Position numbers and translations under genes: made by a program | Source: the human T2T-CHM13v2.0 reference genome, Homo sapiens | NCBI RefSeq assembly: GCF_009914755.1 | Contig: NC_060939.1 | Strand: one strand, 5' to 3' | Length of the DNA: 64,000 bases | The notes under the pieces: model-generated | Databases searched by the model: none | The model's input: the letters and a program-made list of their open reading frames with translations, nothing else | Told to the model about the DNA's origin: nothing | In this document: positions 13,361 through 30,525 of the stretch, one piece after another | Numbering within the stretch: the stretch's first letter is position 1 | How the letters are laid out: every line of letters begins with the position of its first letter

Positions 13361-14681
13361 GCCTGGTCGCCATTTCATAGCCCTTTCCCTCTTACTTCTA
13401 GCTCTATGAACACCTTTCCAATCAACTTGATGTGCCTTATTTTAAAAATAACCTTAATACAGGAAATAAATGAAGCGCTGAACATTCACTCTAGTAGAAT
13501 ATCCTTTTATAAAGCCAACTCCCCATTACAAATTAAAGACTTATACTACAAAAACGGATTTATACATACTTTTCACAAGTTCATTAATTGCATAAGGTAG
13601 GCAAGAACACCACAGTTTAGGTTGAAAACAAAAGCTAGCTACTAATCCCTTTAAAAGGCATTGGATTATCTCAACCACAATTAACAATAAAAATATGCTA
13701 AGAATTTAAGTTAACTGTATTCCAAAGTTTTTTCCACTGACAGGAAAATTTCAGCCTGGAAGGCTCTATTGCAAAAAGACAGAAAAGTGAAGGCACACTC
13801 CAGTTTCATACTTAGAATGTTGCAATCACTGCTAATCCTCTGATTTTATATGGAAACAAATATATACACATTGAAGTTCCCCCTTCACAACGATTAAAAA
13901 ATGGTCTCTCTCTGCACTGGTACCCAAAGAATTCTGGGGATGAGAAAGCAAGAGATACAGGGCTGGTACTTGGGAACAAAAGGTAAAAAAGTTGCCCAGG
14001 AAGTATGCTGAGAAGGCAGGAAAATAATTACCTTAATTCCACTTTGTCATTTTGTAAGCTAATTTCTCACAATGTAAATCTGTCCTTTACATGTAATCTG
14101 CTTTCTAAAACATACATGTGTTCATGAGCATGCTTCTGAAAAAATCTGAGTCTATTTCACTGTGATATTGTTTTTAGGCAATAATTTAGATGTATGTGTT
14201 TGTGGAGCTTATTCTTCTGTACAAGTGCTTCTCATCTTAAACATTCATCTATTAATCTAGTCCATCCGCATTAGAAGAAAAACAGGTCTGTGGTTCAAAA
14301 GTAATTTTCATGGATATGGACAACTTTTAGTAAGAAACAACTGAGGAAAGCCCAAGAGGACTTTTGTCTCACTTAAAGAATTGTGTTGTTACACCTTCAT
14401 TGGTGGTATAATGATTATTCTGTACTTTGACTAATACTTATGACTAACATAGCACTTTGTGCAGTTTATTTGGTAGATTTTATAGTGGGAGACCAATGTC
14501 ACAAATCTTATTAGGATTCTCTCAGAGAAAACAGAAAATTGTCTCACATTTAAAAAATCTGCAAATAAGTTTTTTTGTATATTTACTATTTTAGACAAGT
14601 GGAGCAGTTTGTTTTTAAATTTGCCATTTTTAAATATTGTACTTGTAGAAGAAAACAAATCTCAGCTGATGGAGTAAATAA

Positions 14682-15183
<502 letters not shown>

Positions 15184-15599
15184 TACTTTCACTTTTTAAA
15201 CGGGATATATGATAAATATTGAAGCCTGCCTTTCTGCTATTTGATCCATGATCTCCTCTTAAGGGTTAAAATCTAACAGCAATCACTGAATACCCCATGA
15301 CTACACTTGGGTTTCCATTAACTAGAGAAACTTAATCAACTAAAATCTTCCCTCTTTTGGCCCCTCACAAAAGCACACTGAAAATAAAACCTCACATTGG
15401 AATTTCAATGAAGTAACCTGAAATCCCCTCAAACTGAAAATAACAGTTCGTTCACAAAAGTTCAGGATGTCATCGATATTCCACTCACTTTGAAATGTTA
15501 GATAAAACATATTAGCAAAAAAGCATTTAATAACATTTCAAGTAATAAACAACATTAAAAAAACTTTCATGTTCTAACCAAATTTTTTAAAACAGAAAA

Positions 15600-16370
<771 letters not shown>

Positions 16371-16805
16371 ATAACATCCACATTACTGGTAAAATCTTTC
16401 AACCTTCACTACAGAAGGAACATTCACTGTGGTGCCGCCTGTTGATCACTCAGAACTATGCACATTGGTCACGGTGTAAGGTACAGGAGCCACGGGAAAG
16501 AAGTCACTGATTCGACTCGCTGATTAACCATTGAAATACTTAATGAATCATATCTTTCTAACTGGCACCCTTTCTATCTTTCTCAGATGAAAGGGAAACA
16601 GAAAAAAAAAAAAAAAACAAAGGTAAAGGACCTCATGGTGAGCCTAAAAAAGAACACGTAGTACTACCAACACCATGTTCACTACCAACAATATATGTAA
16701 TTCTTGTTTAGAATAAAGCACTTATCAAATTGGAGTTATGAAATTTATTTAGACAAAAGACTAACACCAATGATCAGTAAATAAAATCTGAAACTCACCA
16801 ATCAG

Positions 16806-17310
16806 GGTATATACCCAAGGAATATAAATCATTCTACCATAAAGACATATGCAAACAAATGTTCACTGCAGCACTATTCACAATAGCAAAGACATGGAGT
16901 CAACCTATATGCCCACCAATGACAGAGTGGATAAAGAAAATGTGGTACATATACACCATGGAATACTATGCAGCCATAAAAAAGAACATGTCTTTTGCCA
17001 GAACATGAGTGGAGCTGGAGGCCATTACCCTTAGCAAACGAATGCAGGAACAGAAAACCAAACACTGCATGTTCTCACTTGTAAGTGGGAGCTAAATGGT
17101 AAGAACTTACGAACACAAAGAAAACAACAGGCACTGGGGTCTACTTGAGGGGGGAGGGTAGGAGGAGGGAGAACAAGAGAAAACTATTGGATACTGGGTT
17201 TAACATCTGGGTGATGAAACAGTACGTACAAAACACGATGACACATGTTTACCTACGTAACAAACCTGCATATGTACCCCTAAACCTAAAAGTCAAAAAA
17301 ATTAAAAAGA
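16806..17310 (+). mobile_element. 5'-truncated L1 3' end (old L1PA/L1PB type)
   Basis: ORF2 C-terminus plus 3'UTR (ggaatactatgcagccataaaaaaga; gcatgttctcactt). Degenerate TSD aaactcaccaatcag / aaattcactagtcag. Confidence 0.88.
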
Positions 17311-17420
17311 AATTCACTAGTCAGAAGATCGTTACCTCTCCACATTTGAAATAGAAAAAAAAATGCTCATCAATATTAGGATGTTTCAACAATAATTTTT
17401 AGCCTATTGGCAAAGTTGCA

Positions 17421-17636
17421 CAGGTTAAGCATCCCTTGCCTAAAATGCTTGGGACCAGAACTGTTTTGGATTTCGGATTTTGGAATATGTGCATCATACT
17501 GGTTACCCATTGAGCAGCCCTAATCTGAAAATGCAAAGTCTGAAATGCATTTCCCTTGAGCGTCATGTTGGCACTCAAGTTTTGGATTTTGGAGCATTTT
17601 GGATTTTGCACTTTCAGATTACCTACGCTCAACCTG
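17421..17636. mobile_element. Tigger4a/MER46 (Zombi) MITE
   Basis: TIRs caggttaagcatcc ... acgctcaacctg. Internal aaatgcttgggaccagaa. Confidence 0.85.
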
Positions 17637-17796
17637 TATGTAAGTTTCAGAGAAAATTAAGCAATATGTGACAGAAACTATATACAGTAAGATGAAATAA
17701 TATTTATAGTTCTCAAATGCTGACGAAAACAATTATGGAAGGTAGAGGAAAAGGTGTGTAAATAAAAAACTAGATCTTTAATTTAAAAGCTAAGAC

Positions 17797-18102
17797 CACA
17801 TAAGGATATTTTAATCAACAATGGACCCCACAGACAATAGTGGTCCCTGAAGATTAAAATACTGTAGTTGTACTGTCCTTTCCTACGTTTAAGATACACA
17901 AATGCTAACTGCTGTTTCAACTGCCTACAGTATTTGGTACAGTAACCTGCTGTACAGGTTTGTAGCCTAGGAGCAATAGGCTACACCATATAGCCTGGGT
18001 GTGTGGCAGGCTCTACCACCTAGGTTTGTGTAAGTACACTCTATGATGTTCACACAAGGATGCATTTCTCAGAAGGTATCCCCATCAAGTGACACGTGAC
18101 TG
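17797..18102 (+). mobile_element. Tigger3a (Golem)-like MITE
   Basis: gctgtacaggtttgtagcctaggagcaataggcta... ending gtgactg. Confidence 0.82.
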
Positions 18103-19554
18103 CACATTATATGCTCTACCTGCATGTTTATTTGGACTTACTCAGCACTCTTGGAAAACTCCTAATATGGAGTGGATTGTATAGATAAGAGGTTTTGATC
18201 CCAAATATATGATCTTAACTTGGCCAAACGTGAATTTAGGCTAAAAATTTCTGATTCAGAAAATTCAATTTTACTGTCATGTATTTGCTGTATCATAAGC
18301 TGTATCAATGCTGACACACCTTTTACTTTAGAATTCAGTAGAGGCATTTCTCAGGAGGAACAATGAATGAAGAGATTAAATAACTGTTACAAAGTTTCAA
18401 TCTTCTGAAAACACTGCTTTTAAGTTTCTCAGAACTAACCATTTTCGTAAAATGGATTTGCTAAATATAAACTGGACTGTTTTTCTATTTGTGAAAACAC
18501 ATTCCCCAAACACTTTAGAAAACAGTTTAGGCCTTAGATGAACTCTGTTGGTTTCAGGGAATGAGTGTAACAAATGTAAATGGGTAGAATGCCAAATGTA
18601 AATCTTGACAATCCAAATTTCCCACATTTCAATTTCATCCTGTTAGTCTGAACTTTTACTGTAATAGAATTTTTTCAATATTGTACCTGCTTATGACTAA
18701 TCATGCTCACTTTTATAAAAATTTATAGAATAAAAAAGGTAAACACCTGTTGTTCCCTCTAACATACAATGTTAGAGGGAAACATAAAATGGGTCTGTTA
18801 AAATAGCTGTAAATATGAGGAAGAATACAATCTAACCAAGCAGAGGCCTAGATCATACCCTGCAAATCAAATACTCTCTACTTATGCAGGGACTACAGGA
18901 AGATCAGTGAAATCTCTTTTCAATGATACCCACTCAGTAATCACCAAGAAGCAAAGTGTCACCATCAACTGTGGGCTCTCTCAGTATTCCCAGCTCCTAC
19001 AGCCCAAGTCTTGGCCCAGACTGGGCTCTGCAACAATACTAAGTGAAATACAAAACAAAGCAAACAAGCCCAGCAACAAGCATCAAGTTATAAGAAAACC
19101 ACTGTAATTATTTTCCCTATGTATATGTATTTTTTGAATTTAAAAACAAAACTATTTTAACATTCCAGACAAAGCATTTGGAAACTTTTTCTGTAATTGA
19201 CTCCCTTGGCCATATAGTCTCTCTTATAACTTCTTGATTATGCCATTGTGGAATGGGTTTCCAATAAAACTTTACAAAAGGAGGAGGCTGGATTTAGCCC
19301 ACACAGTGCAGTCTGCCAACTCCAGTTCTAGACAACAGTGAGGATACTTTGTTCATCTAATTATAATGAAGAACAAGCTTGTGTGTTTTTCTCAGAATTC
19401 TCTCCATATGTTTGCTCTCTAAGAAAAGAATATCACACAGAGGAACATAAGTAGGTCATGACAACAATGGAACGCTGGTAGATTTTAGTTTCCTGAAGAT
19501 TAAGTAGTAATTAAGCTATGAAATTTCTTTCTCTACACCAGTAAGGTCAAAGAT

Positions 19555-19965
19555 TTGGGTCAAAGAGCCAACAGTTTTAATCCTGGCCCCAATCCCAGGT
19601 CAACAACATAACCCTGGACTTTATTGCAACCTCTCAATTTTAGTTTGCTTAACTATATAGAATGAGGAAATCTCAGAAAATGGTTAAATACAAGCAGATA
19701 AGAAAGCACATTTGGAAATTCTAACTTATGATACTATTATTACTACTATGAATCACCATAATAATTACAGTAGCGAACACATGTGCCAGGTATTGTAATA
19801 ACTAATTTCTCACCATTCTGTAACGTATGACCTGCCTGCTTCACTGCATATGGGGATGCTGAAACACAGAGGTTTCAAGGTTATGCAAGTAACCAAAGGC
19901 AGGCTGGGACATGAACCCAGGAAGTCCGGCTCCAAAGCCCTAAGAATTCACTATATTCTATCACT
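19555..19965. mobile_element. MIR fragments
   Basis: MIR core-like motifs (ctgaaacacagaggtt; gaacccaggaagtccggctccaaagccc). Confidence 0.6.
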
Positions 19966-20597
19966 TCTCACAAAATGAAGATGAAGAGGTTATTATTCTC
20001 AGCAGATAATCGCACATCCTAAAAATATACAAAAGTATTCAGAAATCTAGGAAGAGAACAGGGCAGGGCTGATGTTTGCCAAGACAGACTTCCTTTTACA
20101 CTCAAGTGAAACCTTTCTCACAGAGACCAGGTCATTTTTTTATCACTTCTTTAAAGATAATTTACATACAATTTGTAAAACAAAAAGACACTTATACAGC
20201 CAAAATTAAATAAAAAAAACAAAAGACTATATATGGAAGTCCTTTAGTGTTTTTTTACACTAGCATTTTACTCTTATAATGTATCTAAGTTGTTTCTCAA
20301 AATGCAGGGAATGCTCTAAATTAAAACTCCACAGTTACAGGATTTGAAGATTCAACTTTGGGGTGGAAATGAAACCTTTAAGCAACTGGTACTATTTATA
20401 TCTTGTCTGTAGGCAGATTACTAAATTTTCAGGAATTAAATTCTCACCACAAAAAATATGAAAAGAACCTGAAGAGATTTTTCCTTCTGTAGTTGAAGTT
20501 ACCTTTTCTTTTATACACTATACTTTCTAACCATTAGTTCCCACATCTAGCAGTGCACATAAGAGAAAGATGCCAGGAGCTTAAAAACAAAAAAATA

Positions 20598-21059
20598 CAG
20601 TTGACCCTTGAAGAGCATGAGATTTAACTGTGTGGGTCCACTTACACTCGAATTTTCTTCCACCTCTGCCACCCATGATACAGAAAGACCAACCTCTCCT
20701 ATTCCTCAGACGACTAAATGTGAAAACAAGGATGAAGGAAATGAGCAGTGAAGGAAAACGAGGATGAAGACCTTTATGATGATCCACTTTCACCTAATGA
20801 ACAGTAAATGTATTTTCTCTTATGATTTTCTTATTAACACTTTCTTTTCTTTAGCTTACTTTAAGAATACTGAATATAATACATCTAACCTACAAACTTT
20901 GTACTGTTTATGTTATCAGTAAGCTTCCACTCAACAGTAGGCTATTAATAGTTAAGTTTTTGGGAAGTTAAAAATCACAGGTGGATTTTTGACTGTGTGT
21001 CGGGGGTGAGAGGGAGGTTTTGGTCCCCCCTAAACCCCAGGTTGTTCGAGGGTCAAATG
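20598..21059 (+). mobile_element. Tigger2a (MER28)
   Basis: TA|cagttgacccttgaa ... ttcgagggtcaaatg|TA inverted termini with TA target duplication. Confidence 0.88.
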
Positions 21060-22099
21060 TATTGCCTGCTTCCGTCTCAGATCAACTGAAAGCAAGCCCC
21101 AGAAGTTTGTATTTTTAAAAGCTCCCATATTACTGGTGCTACCCATGAAAATACTTAAGATACCTAGGAGAAAAAAAAATCACAATATAACACAAAAATA
21201 GTAATTTTAGGGGGGAAAAACCCTCCACTTTTAAGTTAAGGTTACAGATTCTAAGTGCTGAGGAACTCTAAATGAAGAAAGTGGACATCAAAAAGAATTT
21301 TCTAAGATTGAAAATTTTTTACAATCTAAACTAATGGCCCAACATTTGAGATTTTGATTCAGATTGCGTTATTTAAAAGGGGAAATCATGTCCAAATTAC
21401 TTAAGCATGGTTTCTAGCTGAGAAATAGATGTTAAAATTACAGCTGCTCCCGTGAATCATCAAAGGTGCTATATCACTGTGTGTGTGTATGTGTTGCGGC
21501 AGTAATCCTTTTCCTGATAACAATCTATGCTGTGCCAGGAAGATTTTTAGAATATATTAACTGCAGCAATTAAAAATCATCATCAGTTATAAGATAAGCC
21601 AACTTTACACGTAACATGCCATAATATTCCTTTAAAAAATCATTACATCCTTAAAATAAACACCAGGGTTCTCATAATTTATAAATCTAGGTTTGAAATT
21701 TAGAAATAATCAGCTTCACAAATACATAAAAACTACAGTAGATACGAATTAGCAACCACATTCATAGCTCTTACAAGTTATCCTCTTCTCTTACTAGTTC
21801 CCATTTTAGTAGAATGCGAAACACTTTACAGTTTTAACTACCACTGTCACTGCGGTTTTTTACAAACTTTAAAAAAGCTCTCTCCTGGCTAGGTACGCCT
21901 CCCTTTTCTTACTTCTCCCTCGCCTCTTCACCTTCCTAAAAGAACGTGCTCCCTGTTATCCAGTTCTCTGCCTTCTTTCCAAACTGTTTCTCTTAGCAAT
22001 TTTAGTGACTTCTATGGCTTCAGCTAACACCTCTATGCAAGTTAAGTCTCAATTCAACATCTCTAATCCTAAATCATCTCTTCAGATCTAGACCCAAAT

Positions 22100-22887
22100 T
22101 TACTTTTTCTTTCCAGCTTTACTGAGGTCCAATTGACAAATAAACATTGTATCTATTAAAGGTGTACAACAGTGATGTTTTGATATACATATTCAAATGA
22201 TGACCGAGACCAAGTTAATTAACATATCCATACCTCATAGTTACTTTTCTTAGTGTGTGTCAAAAGAATGCCTTAAGATCTACTCTCTTAGCAAATTTCA
22301 AGTATACGTTATTAACTCTTGTCACTACACTGTAAATTAGGTCTCCAGAACTTACTCATCTTATAATTGAAACTGTGTACCCTTTAACAAACATCTCCCC
22401 ATTCCTCCCCACCCCTAACCCCTGGTAACCACCATTCTACTGTCTGTTTCTATGAGTTCAACTTGCTTAGGTTCCACAGTAAGTGAGGTCATGCAGTGTT
22501 TGTCTTTCTGTGTCTGGTTTATTTCACTTAGCACAATGCCCTCCAGGTTCATCCATGTTGTTCCAAATGGCAGGATTTCCTTCTTTTTAAAGGCTAAATC
22601 ACATTTCATTGTGTGTGTGAACATTTTCTTTATCCATTCATGTGTTCGACATTCAGGTTGACTCCATACCTTGGCTATTGTGAATAATGCTGCAACAAAC
22701 ATGAGAGTGCAGATATCTCTTCGAGACAGTGATTTCATTTCCTTTGGATATGTACCCAGAAGTGGAATTGCTGGATCATGTGCTAGTTCGTTCTGGTTTT
22801 AATTTTTTGAGGAACCTCCATACTGTTTTCCAGAATGGCCGTATCAATTACATTCTCATCAGCAACGTATAAGGGTTCCCTTTTCTT
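22100..22887 (-). mobile_element. L1MA-type 3' end
   Basis: Antisense L1 3'UTR and ORF2 end. ORF 22415..22738 translates to L1-like text ([11 protein letters not shown]). Confidence 0.88.
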
Positions 22888-23148
22888 CTAAACTGTCTCT
22901 TCAGCCCTGGACTCATGTTTCAAGTGATCTTCATGTGGACTGCAGTTAACCATGGGTCAGGTGGTGGCCTATAGAGCCTTGGGAGTCTCCAGAAATTGTA
23001 TGCAATTGCTGCGTGTATGTGCACATGCACATTTTTCTGGAGAGAAGGATCATAATTTTCTTCAGATTCTCAAATGTACGTGTGACTCTAAAGAAAGATA
23101 AACTCAGGTAGGTCATATACTACCAGTATACCAGAACCTTTGGCATAA

Positions 23149-23471
<323 letters not shown>

Positions 23472-23574
23472 TAAAAGAGAAAACAAAGTCCAGGTTAATG
23501 TGTTTATTAAAGGACTTCTGTAGTTAACTTTCCCAAGCAGTAGATTTCTGAAGCTTGCTAGCATCTTCTAATGC

Positions 23575-23760
23575 AATAGTATGACAAACTGCAGCTGCGG
23601 ATCAACCGCTTTTGTAAATAAAGTTTTATGGGAACATAGTCATGCCCATTCATTTACACATTGTCTATGGTTGCTTTTGCAGTTGAGCAGTGAAAAGAAC
23701 TATATGGCCTGCATGATTGAAATCTGTTTACTATCTGGCCCTTTAAGGGAAAGTTTGCGG
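23575..23760. mobile_element. MER58A-like hAT MITE
   Basis: ttttgtaaataaagttttatgggaaca...tttactatctggcccttta...aaagtttgc. Confidence 0.8.
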
Positions 23761-23917
23761 TTATTTTAGATTTAAAAAATGTCTAAGTTGAGAAAAACAG
23801 ATCTAATCTTGAATAATCAAAAGAAATACATCTTTTAATTTTATTTGTAAGCAATTTCAGATACTGGTATCAAGCAAACAAAACCCCTGTATTTTTTAAA
23901 AAAATAGGGTGTCTTAC

Positions 23918-24065
23918 CTGCCATTGCTTGGCTGCTGCGGCGAGTGCCTGGAATGATCAGAAGGCTCTGACCGCTGGTCAGGAGATCGTGACCGGCTGCG
24001 GCGGGGAGGCCTATCGTGTGATCGACCAGAATGATCTGATGCCAGTGACTGAATTTCTGAAATGT
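23918..24065 (-). CDS. TJP1: TJP1 exon 8 (148 nt), DISEIQSLASDHSGRSHDRPPRRSRSRSPDQRSEPSDHSRHSPQQPSNG
   Basis: taacag|ACATTT...GGCAG|gtaaga. Lies within ORF 23914..24198. RS-rich segment. Confidence 0.97.
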
Positions 24066-24379
24066 CTGTTAATAAAAGGGTGCTACTTATTTTCCCACAA
24101 AAATAATTACAGTCAAGTATAAGGTACTCCAGTAATAATGAAGATAAGCTAGTAAGTAAAATTATATATAAAATGGAAGATTTATGCATTAATTTCACCT
24201 GCCAGCAATCATATCAATAGTGGTGAGTTGTCTACAGGAAAAAATGTATATAAAACTTATAGATTTTGAAGGTGTTTGGCTGGTAGAAAATTATCATTTC
24301 ATTCAAAGATGTTCAATCTCCCTAGTATTTTAAGAAAATAGGTCACTTAGAGGGAACGTTCAAACAGAATCACACTCAC

Positions 24380-24548
24380 CGTCTCTCTCAGAGGCATTAG
24401 CAGAGTGGATGCTGTCAGAAAGATCAGGGACATTCAATAGCGTAGCCCGTTCATCTCTTTGAACTACCATTTTTAATTTGCCTTTAGACCTTTCTATCAA
24501 TGTCTTTGCATCTGTCAATGACATATTTTCTGTCACAGTACCATTTAT
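24380..24548 (-). CDS. TJP1: TJP1 exon 7 (169 nt), [56 protein letters not shown]
   Basis: ttgcag|ATAAAT...GACG|gtgagt. Lies within ORF 24360..24596. Confidence 0.97.
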
Positions 24549-25113
24549 CTGCAACAGAAAATAAATTACAGCTTGAAAGTAAATAATAAAATACAAATGT
24601 TAACTTAGTTTGTTATAAACAGAAATATCCAAACCACTCCTTGCTATGAAAACCAAAATATTCTCTCTACACTTTTCCAAACTGTCAAAGTATTCCACCT
24701 TCTTGAGATGATAAAATCTTTACTGTACTGTTGCTGTCAGAAAAACCCATAGTAGCATCCCCTAACTCCTTCTTTGAGGCTGTCACTTTCTATTACTTAT
24801 AAACAAACGAATAAATAAGCATTTCAATAGTATCTGGAAGCAATTATCAGAACTTTTTAATGTGTAAGAACAGACATATCTATCTACAAAGTAGTACCGG
24901 CCTGTGAATAATTATCTCAGGATGACCCTGTGATACCTAAAGCATTGGTGTCGACATGTAATAATGCATAAAGGGAATTTATATCCCTCTCCCCCAAACA
25001 CTGATTTTTAATTCTCTTTGGCAAAACTGCTTCAAACAAGAGCACAGACTACATGGTAACTCTAGAACTTGTTTTCTATTTCAGTTCATTAAAAAGTAAG
25101 AATATGATTATAC

Positions 25114-25217
25114 CTTCAATACAACATCACCTTCTTGAATATTGCCATCTCTTGCTGCCAAACTATCTTGTGAAATTTCCTTAACAAATATATGGCTTGC
25201 CAATCGAAGACCATATT
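25114..25217 (-). CDS. TJP1: TJP1 exon 6 (104 nt), PDZ2: (E)[34 protein letters not shown]
   Basis: tttcag|AATATG...TTGAAG|gtataa. Phase 1-0. Confidence 0.97.
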
Positions 25218-25554
25218 CTGAAATAATGTAAGTAAGTGTTTTTAGTATAACATCCTAAGACACCTAAATAGATTTTACAAGTATACAACTAAACTAATTA
25301 ACTACTGCATAGAGTTTTCAAGTACAATCAATAACAAGAAATATTTCTTGGCCATCCTGCAAATAAGACATTCCCTCTAATTAGCAAGTCTGCAATGTCT
25401 CCGTGAAAGCCAAGGGAAAGTGTATGGTTCAAACGAAGGACTGATAGACCGTGTTCCCATATTACTGAAAAGGAGAAAATCCCCAAGAGGACACCATTTC
25501 TTTTTGACCAAGCATTGATACACTAGCTCTTCAGAATGATTAAGGAATACAATT

Positions 25555-25682
25555 TTCTTTAAGAGACAGGGTCTCACTATGTTGCCCAGGCTGGACTTGA
25601 ATTCCTGGGGCCAAAAAACCCTCCTGCCTCAGGCTCCAGAGTAGCTGGGACTAACAGACATGTGTCACACTATGCCTGGCTA
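25555..25682 (-). mobile_element. Monomeric Alu (FLAM/FAM-like)
   Basis: Single antisense Alu monomer. Confidence 0.8.
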
Positions 25683-26250
25683 GAGATATAATTCTAAAGA
25701 GTAAACTGCTTGAGGTTTGAAAAACTTTGAAAAGATTGACCATTTTATTGATGACTATTATCATGCATATACTACTTCTATTTTTCCCAGCTCCTAGACC
25801 AAAAATATTTCTGATCCTATACACCCCATGACACTGGATAGACATACTCAGAGTACTAGCATGTACTAAGCATGAGTGCAAAGGCTTACAACCAGCCAGG
25901 CAGATGTGGGCAGGAGTTATAATGCCAATCCTTTCCTTTAAACAACCAACAAAGTATCCAAGAGTGAGAACATCACTCCGTCTGTGGGTAAGGAATGTTG
26001 GAAGTTGAGGAAATTACTAGCAGAGTCCAGAGAACTGCCCAGGTTCCTGCAACAGCTGCAGAAAAACATATTTTAAGAAAAATAAGAACAATGACTACAA
26101 CTATCAATATAATGTCAATAGTAAAAGGATTGCCCCTGGTTCTGTGAGGAGAGTCTTACTGCATTAAAAACAAAATCAAAAACCAAGATGGAAAACAGAA
26201 AACTGTTTTAACATGGGATAAATTAACAGACCTATTACCTAAGTGTTTAA

Positions 26251-26563
<313 letters not shown>

Positions 26564-26794
26564 TTACATCAGAATTACAGTTTAACTTAAGACAAATATA
26601 CAAAGAGTACTCACAGCCAGAAATAGAATCAGGGTGAAGAAAACGGCCTTTTAGGATATCTGGGCAAGGAATGAGGCAGTCATCCATATGGTCATTACAT
26701 CACAGAAGGATAGGGTATTGGTTAAAAGACTGTTCTTCAAGATTAAACACTTATAAATGACCATTACACAGATGACCCCAAAATATTTCTTGTA

Positions 26795-28090
26795 TATTAG
26801 TTTGTTCGTTCATTCTAAATATTTCTTGGGGTATATATGAACTAGGTACCAGGCATTAGGGAGAAAGCAGCAAATGAGATAGTTCCTGCACTCTGGCAAT
26901 TTGCAGTCAGTGAAAAAAAGGATGTTAGCATGGTAATCCCAAATGCGGTGAGTTCAGAGGGCAGAAACACAAGGGTTCTTCACTTACTAGGGGGAAGGAG
27001 AAGGCCGCCCTGAGGAAGATATACTAAAGTTAAAACTTTACCTAAGAAAGACCTAAACCTGAAGGGTATGTTTGTGGGGGAGGGGATGCATGGGGTGAGT
27101 GACGGCTGAAAAGTTCAAAACAAATGCATCAAAGTAATGAAGAAAAAAACCTGGTGGACCTAATGAAGTCATAAGTCTAGTGTAGCTGAGACTGAGAACT
27201 AATAAAGAAAGGGGCAAAAGAGTAAGACAGAAGTGTCACAGAGGATCTATGAAGAAATCTGCAGAATCAACTTAAAGGGATCCAAGAGACAACCTATGAG
27301 ACCAAATGAGTCTATGTAAGAGATGACAGTGGCTTGGAAAAGGGTGGAGGCAGTGGAGAAAGAGTGGGATGGATAAGAGTGGTATTCAGGAGTGAGGACA
27401 TTCATCATGCATGGGAAAAAAAGAGAAGGCAAGGGTAACTACCATGTCATCTGGGAATGGCCTGAGAAACTGGATCAATAGAAACACATTCAACTGAATA
27501 CTTCATGAGAAATACAAAGAAAAATTTTAAGAGGGAGATGAGTTTCATTTGAGATGTGCTGTGTTTCAGGGACCTACAGGAACATCTAAGTGAATATGCC
27601 TAACAGTTGGAACACAAGAGTGTAAAGATTTGGGCTGGAGAAAGAGGTTCTGCCATCATCAGCAGTGACTGGAAGCAGGGGAGCAGATGAGATTGCCTAA
27701 ATTAATTGTTATTCAACCTGAGGAAAAGAAAAAAAAAGTTACCTTAAGTGGAAAAAAAGATTCTAGGAGAGAAACTGACAGAACGTTATAAAGGGCAGGG
27801 TGAGGAGAATGAGCTTGCAAAAGATACAGAAAGGTGGGGGAAAAAAACAGAAAGATACAGTACTACCAAAGAAGACATTATTTTTGAAAATAAGGAGTGG
27901 TTAACCATGTGAAATGATACTGAAAAGGCAAGCAAGCTAGAGACTGAAAAACTTCCACTAGATTTAGTGTGAACATTTTTGGGGGCAGAGCGGAAAAGAT
28001 ACCAGACCAGAGAGGATTGAGGGGTAAGTAGTGAAGTAAAAACAGCAAATGTTGACAACTTCACTGAGACTTCACTGAATGGGGGTATGG
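26795..28090 (-). mobile_element. L2 remnant
   Basis: Starts with the reverse-complemented L2 3' end (ttcgttcattc...aaatatt...gtaccaggcatt) followed by a purine-rich L2 body. Confidence 0.65.
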
Positions 28091-28385
28091 AATACCACCT
28101 AGGAGATATGCCAAGTGGTAAAGCAGATCAAAGTAAGTCTTGATAATATTCCAACTGTAACACCCTTTATATCAAAATGATCAGTCATGCATGCCCACAG
28201 GAGGAGCAAGCCACAGTCAGATCCATTTTTTATCAAATTTAATGAGGCATGAGGGAAAGCAGCTGAGTTTCAGTTTCAAAAACTTCAAAGAAGTACTGCA
28301 TTATGGAGAAATGCTCTATAAGGGGTTCCTTTCCTTAAATTCCTCCATTTAAAAAAAACAGTCTGGAGTGAGGGGGAAGAAGTCC

Positions 28386-29360
<975 letters not shown>

Positions 29361-30525
29361 TCATATATGTACGTTCAGTTCCAAAGAGAAAGGAATGTTA
29401 CACTTCTCATCCCATATTAACTATGAACCAGCAAGAAACAATACACAAACAACTACAACAAATTTCTAAGGAATACATTTCCATAAAGGCTGTGTTTTCT
29501 GTTCTCCTGATAAACAGATCTGGTTAAGCACAAATAAGAACGAGTGGGCCTAAAAACCTCTTTATTTACTTCACACAGAAAGATCTTCCTGGTGTAATAA
29601 TCACAAGCTTACAGGGAAACTAACAACTGTTGGTGGTTTGAATAAAAAGGACAGCACTGTACTCTAATGCCATCAAATATACTCTAGGTGCTACCAAAAC
29701 CACAGCAAACTTCCATGCCCAACTTGCTTCCTTAAAAATTTTAGAATGCATCAATATCAAAGCCCACAATTGCCCCAGACCTCTAAGAGATAATTTATTC
29801 TATAGCCGCACTAACATTCAATAATATGTTGGAGCTAATTAACTCAGCCGTACTTCACCAACACAAACTGCTTTCAGTCTCTGGATCTCTTCAATTTGTA
29901 CTCCCAGTCTAGGTGCAAATTCTTCCCTCTGGCGTTCTTTTCTCAATGATTCTGGTAACTGGCTCTGTATTGCCTGTCCACTTATTTCCTTCATTCTCTG
30001 CAAGCTGACGATCTACATGTATTACACCTGCTGACTGAATGGCCCTGTAATCTGTGGACTACACTTTGCCTTCTCACAATAGTATACACTTGACCTCACT
30101 GTAGTTCTACAGGATCTCCTTGTGTATCACTCCTTGTCTTCTATGTCGGACACCTTGAGCTACTGAAACTTTTCACTATCTTATTTCCAATTCCTTCATC
30201 TTAGTTCATCAGTTCCATCCTGGTTTCACTCGCATTCCCCCTAAGTTTGCATGAGACATCCTGTTGCCATATTTAAATGACTTTTTCTTGACCCCTCAAT
30301 CATCTGCCCTGACAAACTCCAGTCCTATTATTACCTTCACTTCCACACTTTGCTGATGAGGCCCTCTGTAAATTCATTTTACAGAAGTCTTGCTCTTGTT
30401 CAGCAATCCTTTCATCTACATATTGTTGCCTCTCTGTGGAATTCGCTAATGTAGGTATTCTACAACCATTCTTCAAGATCCCAGCCACTCAGCCTGCTTT
30501 AAGATCAGTGCCATTTTACTCCCCC

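Noticed and set aside
14032-14104. 73-nt cassette exon in intron 8 (ttttag|...aag|gtaatt)
   Set aside because: Short pyrimidine tract, frame-shifting with an in-frame stop, and indistinguishable from background pseudo-exons without expression data.
23928-24122. Antisense ORF MAAAASAW... over exon 8
   Set aside because: Shadow frame of a GC-rich coding exon, with no independent promoter or splice evidence.
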